From a candidate division FCPU426 bacterium (GTDB lineage: Bacteria; Oederibacteriota; Muellerivitia; Muellerivitales; Muellerivitaceae): a stretch of DNA of 64,000 nt. How positions within the stretch are numbered: position 1 is the first letter of the stretch; each line of letters starts with the position of its first letter. The notes under the pieces are model-generated. The model was not told where the DNA came from, did not search any database, and saw only the letters and a list, made by a program, of their open reading frames with translations. The DNA lies in NCBI GenBank assembly GCA_963830915.1, contig CAWHOE010000047.1:17796-81795 (forward strand), in the 5' to 3' direction. This document shows positions 59,769 through 64,000 of this stretch, piece after piece. A program made the position numbers and the translations under genes.

Positions 59769-60146
59769 TTATAAATCCGTATATTTCTTATTACTTCCTT
59801 TTGCTTTTGAAACCGGGTAGTTCTTGTTGATCTTCTTCAATTTCCTGGCGAAAGCCTTACCCAGGTCGATGTCATACCGCTGGGCGAACCGGACCACGAA
59901 AAACAGAACATCCGCCAGTTCGTCGGAAATATCCTCTTTTTTGGTTTTGTTTTTGAATAAGCCGGCGGTCTCTTTTTCGTTCTTAAATCGGAAATGCTCA
60001 AGAAGTTCAGAAGCTTCCGTGATGATGCCAATGGCCAGGTCTTTAGCCCCGTGGAATTGATCCCAATCGCGCGCTTCGCAGAACTTTTGGACGGTGTATT
60101 TGAGGCTTTTGAGAGAGGGTTTGTATCCCAGACTATTCTTTTTCAA
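59769..60146 (-). CDS. MazG-like nucleotide pyrophosphohydrolase
   Basis: RDWDQFH..KDLA..EASELLEHF..DELADV. Confidence 0.9.
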   Translation of the reverse strand: MKKNSLGYKPSLKSLKYTVQKFCEARDWDQFHGAKDLAIGIITEASELLEHFRFKNEKETAGLFKNKTKKEDISDELADVLFFVVRFAQRYDIDLGKAFARKLKKINKNYPVSKAKGSNKKYTDL

Positions 60147-61372
60147 TCGTTTTCTTTCAGTTCGGTCAAAAGCGGAAATGGCTTCGTTTCCAATTCTATC
60201 TCATGAGCTTTTTCCTTGCCCGACATTAGGGAAAAAGTTGTTGTTTTGACCTTGGAAGCGTTGAGATACACCACCTTTAGGGTTTCTTGTCGTTTTATCC
60301 ACATCTTGATGTGATCATCGTGTTCTTTTTTCAAATCTTCATTGAGCTCAATTGCTTTACGAATGATCACATCCAATGAATTCTTGAACTCTGGGCCTTG
60401 TAAATATTCAAAAGTATCACTTATCGCCTTTTCTCTTTCTGCTTTTGACAATTTCAATTGTGACATCTTAACTAACTGTTCGCGAAGAATGGTGGCAAGG
60501 GCTAACACCCCACCCGGATCAACCACGATGACACCTTTTTCAAGGAAAAATCCCGATGTTCCCTTTTTTTGAGCATTAGTCACCAAAATCCCAAAGTCTG
60601 CGTGCCTTTGAATTTTCGCCGTAGCCGTTTGCTCCACATGGGCGCCACTCCAATGGCTTACTTTTTTGCACTCATAAATAATGATTCCACTGGGTTCATT
60701 GTGATAAATGATGTCTTGAAGAATATCCCCACCTTTACCTGTGTTCTTGAACTTGTCGTTAGGAAATTCTTTCTGCAGGGCTTCCATGAGGGTATCTTCA
60801 TATAGCAAACCCTCTAATTGAGGCGTCGACTTGTTTTTTAGTTGTCTTTCAAGGCTCGAGATTTTTTTTTGCTGGATGGCGCTATTAGTCTGCAGGGTCG
60901 ACATTTGCTTCAATGTCGCCGCGAGAGTGTTATCGGTCTTCTTTTTATCCTCAACCAGTTTCGTTGTTGCCTTTTTCACCTGAGACGCGACCGATTTTTC
61001 CATTTGTGCCTTCATTTGGACTTTCACTTGCGCCTTGGCGATTCTTTCAGCGTTTTTTACGGCTAGCAATATTTTTTTATCCGCCTTAACCTGAATTTTC
61101 TTTTTTTCCAGTTCAAAACCTTTAATTCTCGCTTCATATTTTTCAGTTGATGCTTTAACTTTTTCTGCGAACTGGGCCTTTTGTTCAGCTATCAATTTCT
61201 TTTTGTCTATTGCCCATTGTTGACGTGATTTTTTTTGTTCTTCTAAAAACACTTTCTTTTTTTGGGCCAGTTCCTTTTCTTGGGCTTCCCTGGCTTTCCA
61301 TATCCCGGTGATTTTGTCAAAAAGCTCATCTGAAACAGGTTGTTTGCAAAGTGGACATTTTTCATTAGGCAA
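60143..61372 (-). CDS. DUF2130-like coiled-coil/PD-(D/E)xK protein
   Basis: N-terminal CPLC, long coiled coil, EGLLYE..FPND..GGDILQ..IIYECK..W. Confidence 0.75.
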   Translation of the reverse strand: MPNEKCPLCKQPVSDELFDKITGIWKAREAQEKELAQKKKVFLEEQKKSRQQWAIDKKKLIAEQKAQFAEKVKASTEKYEARIKGFELEKKKIQVKADKKILLAVKNAERIAKAQVKVQMKAQMEKSVASQVKKATTKLVEDKKKTDNTLAATLKQMSTLQTNSAIQQKKISSLERQLKNKSTPQLEGLLYEDTLMEALQKEFPNDKFKNTGKGGDILQDIIYHNEPSGIIIYECKKVSHWSGAHVEQTATAKIQRHADFGILVTNAQKKGTSGFFLEKGVIVVDPGGVLALATILREQLVKMSQLKLSKAEREKAISDTFEYLQGPEFKNSLDVIIRKAIELNEDLKKEHDDHIKMWIKRQETLKVVYLNASKVKTTTFSLMSGKEKAHEIELETKPFPLLTELKEND

Positions 61373-61651
61373 AATAACACCTCCCGGTAGATCTGAAAAA
61401 ACGAGGTCAATATTTCGCCTCGCTCAATATTCGCCCTGTATTAAATAGTTTAGTAAATTAATTTTTTCTCTCGACATTTTCCCTTACGGTTAGATTTACA
61501 GAAGCATTCTAACTCTCCCCACAATCTCTGAACGGTCAATATGGAAACAATCACGACTATATCTAGAGCTTCAAAAGCTCGTTATTAGGCCAAAAACCTT
61601 TAAAACCTCTTCAATTTCTGCACAAAACGCTTCTGCTTCGGCTATAACTTT

Positions 61652-64000
61652 TTATATTCGATTTTCACGGTTTGTTCTCTTCACGTCGCCACCAACACGA
61701 ACCCCTGAATTGCCTTTATTCTCCACCATCTCTTCAATTTCCTTAATAAAAGTCTTTTGTTTTTCTTGCCCCGGACGAATAAAGAATACTTGTTTCCGCG
61801 CCCGGGTGATCGCCACGTACATCAGCCGCCTTTCCTCAGCATGCAGGTAACTTTCCCTTGGGGCCGCCACTAAATCCAAAACAGGGTCATCCTCAATGAC
61901 GCTTGGGAAGCTATTCCTTTTGGGAGGTATGATAAAAACATAATCCGCTTCCAGCCCTTTTGATTTATGGATGGTCATATATTCAATTTTCAGGCTTTTG
62001 AATGTCTTTTTTAATTCGGCCAAATATTCCGGGACATCCTCGTTGTAACGCCCCAAAAAGTAGACGCTGGCCCCTTTGCCTTTTTCAAATTTATCGATCG
62101 TTTCAATAAACTTATTCACGACGCTTAGACTATGAACCCAAAGTATTAAATTTTTTAGGCGGGTTTGATGAAAGCTCCTAACCATCTTTGACCTTTGATG
62201 ATGATTTTTTTCGATGAACTTTTTCCCTAGATCCACCACATTTGGATACGACCGATAGTTGACCCCGATTTCCACGACTTTATTGTTTGGAAACCTTGTT
62301 TCAAAGTTTTGGATCATCCCCACGTCACTTCCATTGAACCGGTAGATGGATTGCCAATCATCTCCGACGAAGAAAAGCCGACAATCATCGTTTTTATCCC
62401 CAATGGTCCGGATCAACTTAATGGCTCCCTGGGCGGTATCCTGGAACTCATCGACGATGATATAGCGAAACTTCAAATCCAACTCTGGGAAAACCTGAAC
62501 GACGAAATCGTGGGATTTATTCAACATATCCCCAAAATCTATTTTCCCTTCCGCCTCTATTGTGTTTTGGTAAGAATTGTAGAAGATCTTGAAAATTTTG
62601 AGGAAAGCCAAGCGACGCAGCTTATAGACCTCGGGCCCTTCTTGCGCCTTGACGGTTAAGTCTTCAAAACTCAAGCCGCTGGTCTTGAACAGATCGGTGA
62701 ACCGCCTAAGGATTATTTTCAGGAATTGGTTAATATCGCTTTTGCGAATCAATTTATCCATGTCAACGGGTTGGTCGCTAAATAAGACCCCTTCATTTTG
62801 AAGCATCTTTTCTAATTCAGTCTCAAGGATGCCATCGGCTTGCTGGTGGCTATAAGTACAAATTAACTTTGTTTTATTGGTCTGGTGGAGCAGTACCTTC
62901 CATTTCATGCCCTCGATATATTCTTTCTTTTGCTCTTCTGTGAAGAAAGGCGGCGGATTACCTTTCTTATCCACCCCAAAATGCTCAAGGTATATCCCAT
63001 AATCGGTTAAATAAAAATCGGGCTTATACTGCCTTTTCTCCTGGGTTTCGGTCGGAATTTCGTATGGTTTTTCGTATTCAAACTTCACGCCTTTTCTGAA
63101 TAGAAAATTCGCGATGACTTTTTCCTCAAGACTTTTGACCTTGTCGTTTGAAAGCGTATAGAGTTCCCCTAGTTCCGCCACATACTCATCCCATTCTTTT
63201 TTCGTCTCAAAGGCGTATTGGGGAACATATGGTTTCAGGTAACCGGAGAAATAATGGATAACCCCTTCGTAGAATTCTCTATTCTTCTGGTAAAGGTCTT
63301 TAAAAATCTCTAAATCCAGAAAACCTTGGCTATTTCGGGTAGGGGCATCATCCGTCTCTAACATCTGGGGCTTCTTTTTAGACCCCCTGGTGATAATTTG
63401 GTACCCCAAACTATGAATGGTGCGGCATTCAACATCCTCAATACCGTACCAATCCTTGACCCTTCGCTTCATTTCCTCCGCGGCCTTCTTCCCGAAAGTC
63501 AAAAGAAGGATATCCCCGGGATCTACTTTCTTACATTTCACTAGATAACCAACTTTGGCCGCTATCACAGCCGTCTTACCACTTCCCGCCCCAGCCAAGA
63601 CCAAGGTGTTATCTTCATCGCATATGACAGCCCGCCGTTGGTCTTCATCTAATGGGTTTGAGCCAGACTTATCGAAAAATTTCTTATATTCAATCAATTC
63701 ATGGTTAACGAAATCATTGTTGGAAGGGGCTATTCGTTGGCGTGCGTTTACCCTATATATTTTAAATCCTTTCAACTTTTTGGTTAATTCCGGCGGAAAA
63801 TTAAAGGTCTTTGATAGTTCAGAAGCTTTTTGAAGAACATCGGCTGCTTTTTGATCCCATATCAAGGCCTTCTTCTGGTTGAAATAACCAGAACGGAAAT
63901 CGCGGTACATCTCAAACTCATCCACCAAGGCCTCTAATTGAGTTTCTAGTTCCTTACTCTTATCAACACCAAGCGGATGTTTCGGTTTAAGAAAGGGGAA
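61652..64000 (-). CDS. UvrD/HelD (helicase IV)-like helicase with inserted nuclease-like domain; 5' end beyond the window
   Basis: LAGAGSGKT, IVDEFQD, VGDDWQSIYRF, TIHKSKGLEAD, EERRLMYVAITRAR; insert YEKPY..YKPDFYL..IYLEHFG; frame open to 64000. Confidence 0.9.
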   Translation of the reverse strand, partial: FPFLKPKHPLGVDKSKELETQLEALVDEFEMYRDFRSGYFNQKKALIWDQKAADVLQKASELSKTFNFPPELTKKLKGFKIYRVNARQRIAPSNNDFVNHELIEYKKFFDKSGSNPLDEDQRRAVICDEDNTLVLAGAGSGKTAVIAAKVGYLVKCKKVDPGDILLLTFGKKAAEEMKRRVKDWYGIEDVECRTIHSLGYQIITRGSKKKPQMLETDDAPTRNSQGFLDLEIFKDLYQKNREFYEGVIHYFSGYLKPYVPQYAFETKKEWDEYVAELGELYTLSNDKVKSLEEKVIANFLFRKGVKFEYEKPYEIPTETQEKRQYKPDFYLTDYGIYLEHFGVDKKGNPPPFFTEEQKKEYIEGMKWKVLLHQTNKTKLICTYSHQQADGILETELEKMLQNEGVLFSDQPVDMDKLIRKSDINQFLKIILRRFTDLFKTSGLSFEDLTVKAQEGPEVYKLRRLAFLKIFKIFYNSYQNTIEAEGKIDFGDMLNKSHDFVVQVFPELDLKFRYIIVDEFQDTAQGAIKLIRTIGDKNDDCRLFFVGDDWQSIYRFNGSDVGMIQNFETRFPNNKVVEIGVNYRSYPNVVDLGKKFIEKNHHQRSKMVRSFHQTRLKNLILWVHSLSVVNKFIETIDKFEKGKGASVYFLGRYNEDVPEYLAELKKTFKSLKIEYMTIHKSKGLEADYVFIIPPKRNSFPSVIEDDPVLDLVAAPRESYLHAEERRLMYVAITRARKQVFFIRPGQEKQKTFIKEIEEMVENKGNSGVRVGGDVKRTNRENRI

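Noticed and set aside
61570..61651. Possible HEPN C-terminal remnant (VIAEAEAFCAEIEEVL)
   Set aside because: Too short to support by eye.
54380..64000. Assignment to Gabija or another named system
   Set aside because: No OLD-family ATPase/TOPRIM partner; a named call cannot be supported without HMM searches.

Overview
Bacterial chromosomal window, probably from a diderm (Tad secretin, outer-membrane beta-barrel, lipoproteins) with a Firmicute-like translation operon. 1-8.8 kb: Tad/Flp pilus cluster with a CpaE-CpaF fusion. 9.3-16.8 kb: thrS-infC-rpmI-rplT-trmH-yqzL-like-pheS with an L20-leader-like attenuator, plus tRNA-Val/Cys/Gly. 17-43 kb: TPR proteins, an ExeA-like ATPase, an SBBP surface protein, ABC-F, glycosyltransferases, a Kelch-type lipoprotein and a MsrAB/DipZ/ECF redox locus. 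43.4-64 kb: accessory island with four toxin-antitoxin pairs, cassette-like genes delimited by a non-attC palindromic site, about 1.5 kb of non-coding DNA built from distinct helically phased repeat arrays, several palindromic mini-element families (nested in each other and inserted into genes), and a putative defence operon (DUF2130, MazG-like, DUF2075-S24, HNH, DUF2075) next to a HelD-like helicase. I recognised no integrase, transposase, RT or cas gene. Five single-base frameshifts, one in essential thrS, most likely reflect sequencing errors. All coordinates and counts were read by eye, and no database searches were run.
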